From assembly GCA_000004985.1 (NCBI GenBank), contig GG738928.1: a stretch of DNA of 64,000 nt; one strand, given 5' to 3'. This stretch comes from Naegleria gruberi (lineage: Eukaryota). Below are positions 54,415 through 64,000 of the stretch, piece by piece (positions within the stretch are counted from its first letter, which is position 1; each line of letters starts with the position of its first letter). The notes beneath the pieces were generated by a model, which saw nothing but the letters and a program-made list of their open reading frames with translations, made no database searches and was not told the origin of the DNA. A program made the translations under genes and the position numbers.

Positions 54415-55893
54415 TTATATAGCCTCAATTAAATGATAATTCTTCTTTCCTAATCTCAATACAGCAATTGATCCATTACCTGCCACAAGATCAGCTTCTG
54501 TCATGACATATTTTGGATCTATTTGTCTCTTGTAATTAATGTAAAAACCTCCACTCTTGATCAATTTACCCAATTCAGATTTGGATGGTCCAAGCTTGAG
54601 AGCTAAAGCAATATCTATAATTGGCTTAGATAAAAGATCTTCCTTTGGTACTTGTCCACCAACAGAATCCTTCATTAGTGATGTAATATCTTTCTTTGAT
54701 AAGGTCTTTAAAATTTCAATTGCTTCCTCACTGCTAGCTCCAAATAATAAATTTGTACATTTTTGTACCTTTTCCAATTGTTCCTTTCCGTGAATTTGTG
54801 TTGTTAATTCTTCAGCAAGTCTTTGTTGAGCAATTCTCTTTTCTGGTTGCTGATTGTGTTCTTGTAAGATTTGGTCAATATCTTCCAAGCTAACAAATGT
54901 TAACATTTTCAATAATTTCTCCACATCAGCATCTTGAACTCTGAGGAAATATTGATAAAAATCAAAGACAGAAGTCATTTCAGGATTGAGCCAGACAGCA
55001 TTACCCATAGATTTACCAAATTTAACTCCATCAGCAGTTGTGAGTAAAGGAATTGTCATACCACTGCATACTGATTGACAACTTTCTGGCATGGCTGTTT
55101 GCTTTTTCTTTATGAATTCCAATCCACTTGTAATATTTCCCCATTGATCAGATCCTCCAATTTGAAGTCTTACGTTATTTGAGTTCAATAAATGGAAAAA
55201 ATCATAACTTTGGAAAAGTGAGTAGGAAAATTCAGTAAAAGTCATACCACCATTATCAGCATCAGCATTTTCAACTCTAGATTTAACACTGTCCAATCTT
55301 AACATGTTAGCAATTTGGAAATATTTTCCAACATTTCTCAATAAATCAATCATTTTCATTTCTCCCAACCAATCAGCATTATTGACAACTGTGACATTGT
55401 TCTTAGAGGAGAAGAAAGAATTCATTTCTCTCTTCAATCCTTCAATATTATTATTAATTGTTGATTCATCCAAGAGAGGTCTCTCTGTTTTTCTGCCACT
55501 TGGATCACCAATTCTACCAGTTGCACCACCAACAAGACAATAAATATGAACATTCTTTGGATTAAAAGCCAATTGGAATCTCTTCAAAGTTTGAAGAACA
55601 AGCAAATTGCCAACATGAAGCCCCGAAGCTGTAGGATCAAAACCAGCATAAATACCAATAGACTTGGCCAATTCACTACCACTGTTCATTTCTTGCATTA
55701 AATTATCAAATCCCGAAGTAGCATCATTATAAATTCCTCTCTTTTTTAAATCGGAAATAAATTCATTATTATTTGATGATGAAGTTTGATTAAATCTCCT
55801 TTGAATATTGTTTCCTCCGATTAAATACTTTCTGTTCTTTAAAAAAAGGCCCGAGTCAACAAGGCTTGTTTGACGAAGAAGGCTTCGTTGCAT
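54415..55893 (-). CDS. Mitochondrial (bacterial-type) tyrosyl-tRNA synthetase
   Basis: N-terminal presequence, then GFDPTASGLHVGNLLVLQTLKRFQ (HIGH-type motif HVGN), KFGKSMGNAVWL (KMSKS-type) and a C-terminal S4-like domain. Confidence 0.8.
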   Translation of the reverse strand: MQRSLLRQTSLVDSGLFLKNRKYLIGGNNIQRRFNQTSSSNNNEFISDLKKRGIYNDATSGFDNLMQEMNSGSELAKSIGIYAGFDPTASGLHVGNLLVLQTLKRFQLAFNPKNVHIYCLVGGATGRIGDPSGRKTERPLLDESTINNNIEGLKREMNSFFSSKNNVTVVNNADWLGEMKMIDLLRNVGKYFQIANMLRLDSVKSRVENADADNGGMTFTEFSYSLFQSYDFFHLLNSNNVRLQIGGSDQWGNITSGLEFIKKKQTAMPESCQSVCSGMTIPLLTTADGVKFGKSMGNAVWLNPEMTSVFDFYQYFLRVQDADVEKLLKMLTFVSLEDIDQILQEHNQQPEKRIAQQRLAEELTTQIHGKEQLEKVQKCTNLLFGASSEEAIEILKTLSKKDITSLMKDSVGGQVPKEDLLSKPIIDIALALKLGPSKSELGKLIKSGGFYINYKRQIDPKYVMTEADLVAGNGSIAVLRLGKKNYHLIEAI

Positions 55894-56074
55894 TTTTTTT
55901 CAAAAATTCAATCAAAATTAATTATCCTAAATTGGATATTTTAAATAATTATTTTCATATGTTTTTAACTATTAAATATTAAGCTAATTTTATTAAATTA
56001 TGAGTATTGAATTAATTCTCGCAGTCAACTTGATATTTAATGTTGTAAAAAATATTTAAAAACATTTAAAAAAA

Positions 56075-56836
56075 ATGACTCGAGTAAAGATTGCAATTCT
56101 CGACGTTTCCGATCACGTCCAACTCTTTGAAGACGATCTATTCAAAAAGTACATGTTCACCGATGATATTTCCGAGTGCACTTCGTATCATGTTGCTAAA
56201 AATCAGTGGCCATCCGAAACTCTAAATTCTCATCAAATTGTTCAATTTATTGTACAAAATTATGATGCTGTATTAATTCCTGGTAGTGAGGATTGTTGTA
56301 TGGATGATTCTCTGTGCTACATTGAAGTTCTATGTAATGTTATTAGAGAATTAATTGATCGGGATTTTCCAATATTTGCTGTTTGCTTTGGTGCACAAGC
56401 AGTTTCGAGAGCCTTGAATGGAAATGATGGAGTTTCCAAGTTGAAGAATTTGAATGAGAAACCAGAGTTTGGAATTGTTTTAATTGATTTTGTGGATGAG
56501 GATGCAAGAGGGAATTTGCTGTTCAGAGGAATTGAGAAGGGTTTCTATTCATCCTCTTCACATTCAGATTGTTTCTTATTGAATGAAAAGTGTGAGCATT
56601 TACTCAAATCAAGACATTGGAAGAATCAAGCTTATCAAGTTAAGGATAAATTAACATTTGGCTTACAATTTCATCCAGAGATGGATCTTGTCACATCAGA
56701 AGAAATATTCAAGACTCTTAAAGATATTCCAGTTCTTTATGATGACAATGAAAAACAGGTAGATATGACTGTTGGTAAAATTATGGCTAAAAACTTTTGT
56801 GAAATGGTTATCAAGCACAAAGAAACAAAATTGTAG
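56075..56836 (+). CDS. Class-I glutamine amidotransferase-like domain protein
   Basis: Motifs IFAVCFGAQAVSRAL (nucleophile-Cys elbow) and FGLQFHPE (catalytic His-Glu), as in the GATase1 fold. Confidence 0.6.
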   Translation: MTRVKIAILDVSDHVQLFEDDLFKKYMFTDDISECTSYHVAKNQWPSETLNSHQIVQFIVQNYDAVLIPGSEDCCMDDSLCYIEVLCNVIRELIDRDFPIFAVCFGAQAVSRALNGNDGVSKLKNLNEKPEFGIVLIDFVDEDARGNLLFRGIEKGFYSSSSHSDCFLLNEKCEHLLKSRHWKNQAYQVKDKLTFGLQFHPEMDLVTSEEIFKTLKDIPVLYDDNEKQVDMTVGKIMAKNFCEMVIKHKETKL

Positions 56837-56916
56837 AGAAATCCAACTGGTCAATTGTAATATTTCATTAATTATTAAAAATATCTTATAAAATTGAAGA
56901 TTTTCTCTATTTAATA

Positions 56917-58371
56917 TTAATAGCCAACATAGGATGGAGTGTGAACGGTGAATTTGGCATTATGGAAATCTCTCTTCAATAAGCTATCGCTACTGATGGA
57001 GTAAATAAAGTGAGTAAGGAATTGAGTAGTGGGATAGATTGCATTGGTTGAGAAGAGAATAATATCATCCTTTTCAGATTTGAAATTATTGGTGTAGTTT
57101 CCATAATATTGTCCAAGGAAATGAGAGTCAAATGATGGAGAGAATGCTTCTAATTCATAGTAGGTGTAATCATCATACCTCTCCCTGCTGGAATTGATGA
57201 ATATTCTAGTGTCTGCTGAGATACCTAATTTCAGTGAGTGGTTATGGAGTTTGACAACCTGAGATTCACTACCATCCAGTTGAGCAAGCGGAACAGTTGA
57301 GTTATCTTTGTAATCTTGATATACAACATATCCATCAATAGCATCAATTTTTGCTTCATTTAACTCAACTCGAATGTTTTCCATTTTGACAAAAAAGTAT
57401 AAAAACCCAGATTTTGGAATTTGATAATTAATCAATGAACCAAGTTCAGAGCAGTCAAGTTGACCAACAAATACATATCCTTTTCTCCAAATAGCTGATT
57501 TGTTTGTCGTATTTGGAGAACCTCCAATCTTTGTTTTAGAGCCATCATTTGGCTTATTGGAATCAAAATAATCTGGATACAAATTGTAGGATAAGGAAAC
57601 AGCATTATTTAAAATCTCCTCAGAACTATTATCTACAGATTCTGATTTCATAAAACTTGAAATAATTGATTTCTTTGAGTTTAAATGAGGAAATAAATCA
57701 GAAAAGAATTTAGTTTTCCATCCTTTTGATTCATCGTTTCTAATTTGTGAAAGTGTAGAACTGGTTGCATAGGTGAAGAATAATGGATCTTCAATCATTG
57801 TTAAATGATAACAGTATTTCCAAATTTCATCATTTTCAACAATTAAACAATTCCAATATTTGCAGACAATTCTCATCCTCAATAGTTCATTAAAATTTCC
57901 AATAAATTTCAAAATATTTGAGTGAACATCTGGTACCAGAGCTGATAGACTAGCTCCCTCTCTAATAGAGACTTGGGATGAGTCAGTATGTTGATTGAAC
58001 CAATTGTTCACAAGTACCAATGTAATGTTCGAAAAATAACTCGAAACCCCTGGAAGTGAGTTGTTCAACTCTTGATCATTCTTAATTGCACACTCAATTG
58101 CATATTGTCCAATTGAGGAACAGTGAAAAGTAAGTGTGTAATTCAAAGAAAGCTCAAGAATTTCTCCCAACACAAACTTGATAATTCTCTTCAAACAAAC
58201 AGCAAGCACCTTCTCTTGGTTTTCAATTTGATGCTTTAAACTTCCAAAATTGAGTGTAAAATACTTTCCAATAAATCTTTCAACACTCAAACTCTCTGCA
58301 GCATCATCCACCATCACATGTTCAATCTGAAGTAAATTCTTCATTGGAAAGGCAGCCAATTGTCCTTCCAA
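56917..58371 (-). CDS. F-box protein (484-aa ORF); relation to the overlapping upstream ORF 58341..58697 unresolved
   Basis: The F-box-like LKFIGNFNELLRMRIVCKYWNCLIVENDEIWKYC sits about 150 aa from the N-terminus. The ORF-track start is a TTG; the first ATG (MKNLLQIEHVMVDD...) is at 58343. Confidence 0.5.
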   Translation of the reverse strand: MEGQLAAFPMKNLLQIEHVMVDDAAESLSVERFIGKYFTLNFGSLKHQIENQEKVLAVCLKRIIKFVLGEILELSLNYTLTFHCSSIGQYAIECAIKNDQELNNSLPGVSSYFSNITLVLVNNWFNQHTDSSQVSIREGASLSALVPDVHSNILKFIGNFNELLRMRIVCKYWNCLIVENDEIWKYCYHLTMIEDPLFFTYATSSTLSQIRNDESKGWKTKFFSDLFPHLNSKKSIISSFMKSESVDNSSEEILNNAVSLSYNLYPDYFDSNKPNDGSKTKIGGSPNTTNKSAIWRKGYVFVGQLDCSELGSLINYQIPKSGFLYFFVKMENIRVELNEAKIDAIDGYVVYQDYKDNSTVPLAQLDGSESQVVKLHNHSLKLGISADTRIFINSSRERYDDYTYYELEAFSPSFDSHFLGQYYGNYTNNFKSEKDDIILFSTNAIYPTTQFLTHFIYSISSDSLLKRDFHNAKFTVHTPSYVGY

Positions 58372-58697
58372 ATTCTTATACTGGTTTCCGAATGCTCTTT
58401 ACTATCCATCGAATTTTCATCCACAAAACCTTTCAACAATTCCTTGATTGGACCATCAACAGCACTCTTATATTCTTCTTTCATCAAGATATAGGGTTTC
58501 AAATCATCAATTAATTTCCAGAATAAAACCAAACCAATAGAAGCCAAACTTTTATAACCACAACTAGCAATAAAAATCTTCTTTTCCAATTTTGACGCCT
58601 TTTCCTCCAATTGGTCGGCATTGAAATCGATTGGAACAGTGAGAGGGAACCCATATCTATCTAGACGGTGGGCAGTACCCTGTATTCGTTGTTCCAA
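58341..58697 (-). CDS. Hypothetical 118-aa ORF immediately upstream of, and overlapping, the F-box ORF
   Basis: MEQRIQGTAHRLDRYGFPLTVPIDFNADQLEEKASKLEKKIFIASCGYKSLASIGLVLFWKLIDDLKPYILMKEEYKSAVDGPIKELLKGF.... Its TGA overlaps the first ATG of the downstream reading frame (aATGa). No in-phase splice could be found to join them. Confidence 0.3.
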   Translation of the reverse strand: MEQRIQGTAHRLDRYGFPLTVPIDFNADQLEEKASKLEKKIFIASCGYKSLASIGLVLFWKLIDDLKPYILMKEEYKSAVDGPIKELLKGFVDENSMDSKEHSETSIRIWKDNWLPFQ

Positions 58698-59160
58698 CCA
58701 AATTTTTTTAGAGTCGAGCCAATTTTATAAATATTTTAATATTATTTATTCTTCGGATGATATTTCGTCGCCACTTTATTCATCACTTCCACTTTGTGGA
58801 TTCTGATGCATCATCTTCCTCATATTCTGATCTGCTGGTAGTATCGTCTTGGTAAATTCTTGGAAAGCTTTTGGAGTTTATGGTTGATGGTTGGTATTTC
58901 ATCATCAACAGGATTTCCTCTTTTTGTTGCCAATTTCTTGGTTTCTTTGTTGTTGGAGATTTAGATGTAAGAAGAAGATTCCAGTCAAAGAAACTTCCTG
59001 ATGATGGGTTGTTGTATTAATTTTCTAGCCAACTGCCATGTTGTTCAGTTGCTTCCAAATACCAGCTTGTGATTGGACATTGTGGCCAGTAGACAAAATC
59101 TCTTAATTTTTTTAAATTTTAATTTAACGGTTTTTATCAACCAAATGTCAAAGCAACGGA

Positions 59161-59340
59161 TCTTCTGTGGCTCGACTTTGAAATTTTTTTGTCTGACCCG
59201 GCTCGACTTGTAAAAATTTTTGTCTGACCCGGCTTGACTTGTAAATTTTTTAGCCTGACCCGGCTCGACTTCGAAATTTCGCAAGTTCTGCATAAAATGC
59301 CTCTGGCTCGACTTTGAAATTTTTACTCCCTGACCCGGCA
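59161..59340. repeat. Tandem array of about five 31-32-bp units (GGCTCGACTTGTAAAWTTTTTTGTCTGACCC), relatively GC-rich
   Basis: ggctcgactttgaaatttttttgtctgaccc / ggctcgacttgtaaaaatttttgtctgaccc / ggcttgacttgtaaattttttagcctgaccc / diverged copy / ggctcgactttgaaatttttactccctgaccc. Located 200-350 bp upstream of the gene starting at 59527. Confidence 0.8.
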
Positions 59341-59526
59341 TTTTACATCACTGACCACCGTCTATATCAGAGCATTATTTCTTTCCATTTTTTTGTGATT
59401 TTGTTATTGAGCGATTACAAAAACAGTAAAGCCACATGAGAGTGTCATCTAAAGGGTGTAATACACATTAAGAAATATCTACGGTAGAATGTTGTTGAAT
59501 TCTGAAACTGCATTCATTGAAAATCA

Positions 59527-61541
59527 ATGATGTTCTTTAGGAAAGAGTATTACAATATTTATTATTTTGTTTTTTGTAATCCACTCTTCGGTATCTTCTT
59601 TCCATTTAACCATGAAGGAACTTTAAGTTCTTCAAAATTCCACAATTATTGGACGTCTTTATCCGCTCAACAATCACAAAAAAAAATGGCTCAATACTAT
59701 TTACTTCGGGAGCTTGACGATTTGTCCCTAGAGGATTTGCACAAGTCTGTAAAGCCTACAAAAAAAGAGAAGACAAGCAAGGATGATAAACCAAGAAACA
59801 AAGATCAGCCAAGTAATGATGTAATACCACAAAAACTGGTGGTGTTGAACAAGTCTCACCAAATAAAACAACGCAAAGTCTATGAACGAACAAAGAAGGA
59901 GGAGACTCGTTTTATCAAACCTAAACGTAATATTGACCATTATAATGTTGCACCAACCTCACATTTTGAACAGTTGCCGACCGATTGTTTTCTTCATATT
60001 TTTGAATTTATGGAATTGACAGAAATTAAAAGGCTAGCCTACAGAATGAGTCCTTGTATTACTTTACAATTACTAGAGACGGAATCAAATCAGGGTTTTT
60101 ATAGATTATTGTGCCAAGAACAGATGAGAATGGATTTGAATTGTGCTATTGATTCCATAAATGAAAGAGGGAAAGTGAGAGGAAACTCAAGGATACGAAG
60201 ATACAATAGGCGTGTTGAAGATTCATCCAATCGAACAATATTGGGTCCGATTAAGGATTTGAGAGAGAATTTAAGAGTTTGTGTTCTGAAAGCAAAGAGT
60301 TTGTTTCCGTATTGGTTTAATGAGAATTCTGCATTGAATAAGTCAGTTTATGAAGCTGTTAAACATTCTTACTCAATTAATGAAACTCCTGTTTATCATA
60401 ATTTATCAGAACATCATCAGTCCATTTCTGATCAATATAAAGAGAAGGAAGAGAAGGAAGCAGTAGAGAAAACAAATTCATTCCTGGAAAAACTTGAGAA
60501 ACAAGTGGAAAAACAATCGAAAAGACCATCTAAATGGAAGCAAATATGGAATGGATGTTTTCTTCAAAATTTAGTGAACAGTACTATAAATGCAACAGTA
60601 GAATTTGAGAAACGAGCTCAGAAAGATTCACCACTAATTAGTGAATTAGCCAGTTACCTTAAAACAATGAGTGGCTTATTAACTTTGGAAAATACGCAAC
60701 TAAGAAGAAAGATAATGTTTGAAACTTTAACTAGAAGACGAGTACTCACACGTACTGTATTTTTTGCTAAATTAGTTGGAATTTTATACTCGTTTAGAGA
60801 TCAATATCTTCCTGAACAAATAGAACAACAATTTGAAAAATTATTAGATTTTTTCATAGAAGAATCGATTGCTCATGGTGTAGAAACTTGTCCTCTTGTT
60901 GATTGTAAGTTTGTTATTGACTTAATCTAACTTTTTCAGGTTTCATTGAAAATAATTCGCCAATTCACATGATATTAAGATCTGGACATACTCCTTTGAG
61001 TGTCAATATCATCACCAAGCATTGGAAAATTATTAAGCGCACTTCCAGAGATTTCAGATTCTATTTATTTGTAAAATGCATTTGGCAGCTGGTTGACTTT
61101 AAAGTTATACACGCCCTCTTTAAGTTTGGTATTGTTGATTCCTCTATTTTGACACATAACTTTACTAATAGAGGATCTAGATCAGTAGATATTTATTTCA
61201 TGACAACCATCGATAAATGGAATATGAATGATAATCACATTACATACTTTGGAAACATCTTCAACTTGATGGTTACCACTTTGGATGAAAGAGGGACAGA
61301 ACATTACAAAAAGCGTGAAATTAGAAGCCATAGTAGTTTATTTTCATCATCTAATCCAAGTGTTATGCTATTCTTACATAGGATATCACAATACCGTCCA
61401 AGCACTAAAGGAAACGTTGCCGACTTTTTTGCAGAGGCAATTCAAAAGTTGAAGGACAAAGTGATAACCTCATCTTTGGCAGATGATAGACCAACTTTTG
61501 AATATGTGAATTTTGGAAAAAACAAATTTGCCACGCTGTAA
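59527..61541 (+). CDS. F-box-like hypothetical protein; 2 exons, join(59527..60904, 60940..61541)
   Basis: F-box-like LPTDCFLHIFEFMELTEIKRLAYRM. Donor GTAAGT at 60905, acceptor CAG at 60939 (phase 1, giving ...PLVD C FIENNSP...). An alternative start ATG is at 59685 (MAQYYLLREL...). Confidence 0.5.
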
Positions 61542-61732
61542 AATAAATCAACTGTAGATGACAGCAAATCTCAACTGCGTGTATTCAAGGCCTCGCTCAT
61601 TTGTTAGTTCAAATGGTGCATTATCGTAGAATTTTAAAACTATATTAATACCATCGCATCTCCAAATATCTCAACACCTTTGTTTGGTCCCTTAATCATT
61701 GTGTCTGTTCCCCATTTGAAAAGAGATTAAAA

Positions 61733-64000
61733 ATGCCTTTAAATGCATCGAATGTATCCAACAGAAGTAAGGATGATGTGATCATCGAGGATGGGTATAC
61801 AGCATCTTCATCGTTATCGTCATCCTCATTATCGTTATTAAGGGCAGGTGATAGTAAAAGCTGCAGTAGCTGTTCAATAGAAGCAGCAACTCCATGGAAA
61901 CAAGATACATCCTCATCATCAACATCAGATGACTTCATAATTCCTATTCGGAATGGTAGGAGCAACTCTCGCCAATTCATAAAAACACCATCCTTTTCAT
62001 CCCTTTCAACAATAATAGATTCTTCACTTCCATCAACGCCTAAATCATTGCCTTCATCACCATCATCATTACAAAATCATCAAGAAGGAACAGAACCACC
62101 TCTTACTGATACTCTCCTAGTTAAATCGATGAGCGAATGTAAGAATGACATGGAGAGGGGCATGTTGAACATGTTGGCTGATAAGAAGAATCTTCAGAGA
62201 TTGGTCGGAATTCTCTTCATCTTTGCCACTCTACAAAGTGTTCAACAAATGACACTCTATGAAAATTTATTGAATATTGCCTTTTTCCTTGTTCAGTGCC
62301 TTAATAATTATTTAAGACAAACTAATAATGATACAGCTCTCACCTATGAGGAATCATTCAAACATTTGGATAAAAGAGAAATTATAAGAACTGTTTTTTC
62401 AATGGTCATGTACACTTTGAGAATGATGTATCTTCCCAAACACAAGATGATTTTCCTTCCAGTGCTTTTTATTTGGTTTGCAGGAGCTAACAAACTATAT
62501 ATCTACTCTACATTTTGGGGATTACTACCCACTTACTATGCTTCAGTGATGTATATATCGTTGGCTTGCTATTTTGGATTTTATGAATTGTTAGAGAATG
62601 GGTACACTGAGACATTTCTAAATTTAATGATGGATTACTTTATTTTGGTGGCTGTGGTGTGGATGTGGACATATTATCTGGTTAATGTAACTGGATTCTT
62701 GAAACACAAAGTGGACAAACTGAAGGAAACAAGGAAACGTTTGGAAAGTGCTTTGGAAGCACGAAGTAGATTCATTGCACATGTGAGTCATGAATTCCGT
62801 TGTCCAATCATGTCCAGCATTGGGTGTTTAGAATTGTTGAAAGAAACTCCTCTGAATGAGAAACAAAATGATCTCGTAGATACAATAGTTTCATCGAATA
62901 GTGTCATTCTTCTATTGATTGAAGACATTTTACAAATTGTTAAAATTGAACATGAAAGTAAGGGTGCAAAGAAGGAAGATACAAATATTCAACCTTTCAA
63001 TATTTTCGAATCATTGAAATCGCTGAAAGGAATAATTTCTGGTTATGCTTCGAATTTTAAGGTTAAGCTTAATTTGGAAATTGATGAAGGAATTAAGAAC
63101 TTGACAGTTTTATCAAATCCTTCAAAGATCCATCAAATACTTTCTAATTTGCTGACGAATGCAGTGAAAGCATCAAAGAAAGATGATGATGTTTGGCTTA
63201 AATGCAATATTTTGGAAAAGAAAGATGATGAAACTGTAAAGATTAGATTTACTTGTCAAGATTTTGGATGTGGAATTCCTCCTAATTTGTTGGAATCTAT
63301 ATTTGAACCCTTTGTACAATTGCAAAATAATTCACAATCAAAAGTACCTAGCTCTGGGCTAGGATTGACTACAGTATCTCATTTAATCAAGACATTGAAT
63401 GGAACTATTAACGTTGAATCACAGGTTGGAATAGGAAGCTCATTTACAGTTGACTTGGCTTTTAAAATTGTTCCAAACGAGGTAAAATATAAAGTTCAAG
63501 AAAATGTTGTTGTAGAAGAAAAGAGATCGAAACTACACTTGAACGTTCACAAGAATTACTTGAACCTGATGTCACATTTAGAAGAAGGTGAAAAGGAAAT
63601 GGAAGAAACTCCAAAATTCAATTCCAATGTTTTGATAGCTGAAGATAATCCAATCAATAGAAAAGTTATTGTAAAGATGATTAATAGTATGGGAAGTGAA
63701 ACTGATTTTGTTTGTGATGGAAAGGAATTGGTTGAAAAGTTTAATCCAAGCACTCACAAAGTTGTATTTACTGATATGGTAGGTAGCTCAAATTTCGTTT
63801 TTTAAGGTCTAATAACAATAATAGAATATGCCAAATATGAACGGATTAGAAGCAGCCAAGAAATTAAGAGAAAAATTTGGAAATACTTTCAGGATTTATC
63901 TCTTGACAGGAAATGTCACAATTTCATTATCTGATGAAATTGGTGTGTTTGATGGAGTGTTAACTAAACCTTGTTCTAAACAGGATTTGAAAAAATGTTT
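61733..64000 (+). CDS. Hybrid sensor histidine kinase (multi-TM sensor, HisKA, HATPase_c, receiver); join(61733..63778, 63825..>64000), 3' end beyond the window
   Basis: S-rich N-terminus and about 6 TM helices. H-box RSRFIAHVSHEFRCPIMS; N/G boxes LLTNAVKAS...DFGCGIP...GLGLTTV. Receiver domain VLIAEDNPINRKVIVKMI...VVFTDM|NMPNMNGLEAAKKLRE split by a 46-nt intron (donor GTAGGT at 63779, acceptor TAG at 63824). Confidence 0.75.

Noticed and set aside
59161-59340. CRISPR array?
   Set aside because: Eukaryotic intron-containing context, no unique spacers between the repeats, no cas genes; the repeats are contiguous and degenerate.
59045-59341. 98-aa minus ORF
   Set aside because: It is generated by the 31-bp tandem repeats, and the translation is itself repetitive.
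1-64000. Prokaryotic operon or defence-island interpretation of the window
   Set aside because: There are spliceosomal introns with GTAAGT donors in more than 15 genes, eukaryotic signal and mitochondrial presequences, pol III-type tRNA genes with T-run terminators, and N-run scaffold gaps. Bacterial-looking genes (Pat-like, WrbA, BDH, Bcp) are embedded in this context and were kept as HGT candidates, not as evidence of a prokaryote.

Overview
The window looks like a nuclear scaffold from an AT-rich amoebozoan, most likely a dictyostelid social amoeba. It is not a prokaryotic locus. Evidence: about 45 densely packed protein genes on both strands, many split by very short introns (41-214 nt, GTAAGT/GTATGT...AG); two N-runs inside genes (31156-31262, 37033-37082) marking assembly gaps; three nuclear tRNA genes each followed by an oligo-T terminator; poly-Q/N/S tracts; many F-box proteins; a kinase-RasGEF fusion of the kind described in Dictyostelium as RasGEF domain-containing serine/threonine-protein kinase X (GefX-like); and a hybrid histidine kinase.

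Several gene models had to be assembled by hand across introns, because the ORF track splits them or misses them. These include a three-exon URM1 gene that the ORF track does not show at all, MSH5 with a 56-nt exon, a receptor kinase with a 6-nt micro-exon, and an F8A/HAP40-like gene with an upstream exon. The ORF track also labels TTG/GTG/CTG first codons as M; I corrected starts where an ATG was evident.

The most unusual content:
- A roughly 1590-aa receptor combining NHL repeats, tenascin-type EGF repeats, a GPS motif, 7 transmembrane helices and a C-terminal RGS domain.
- A bacterial Pat/PatZ-like fusion of an ADP-forming acyl-CoA synthetase with a GNAT acetyltransferase.
- A ubiquitin E2 fused to an RNI-type leucine-rich-repeat (LRR) domain.
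- A receptor kinase whose ectodomain carries GGA[ILV]/FxxN beta-helix repeats like chlamydial Pmp proteins.
- Tandem eIF4E paralogs.

No CRISPR array, rRNA gene or clear transposon was seen. All protein-family calls rest on motifs read by eye and could not be checked against databases.
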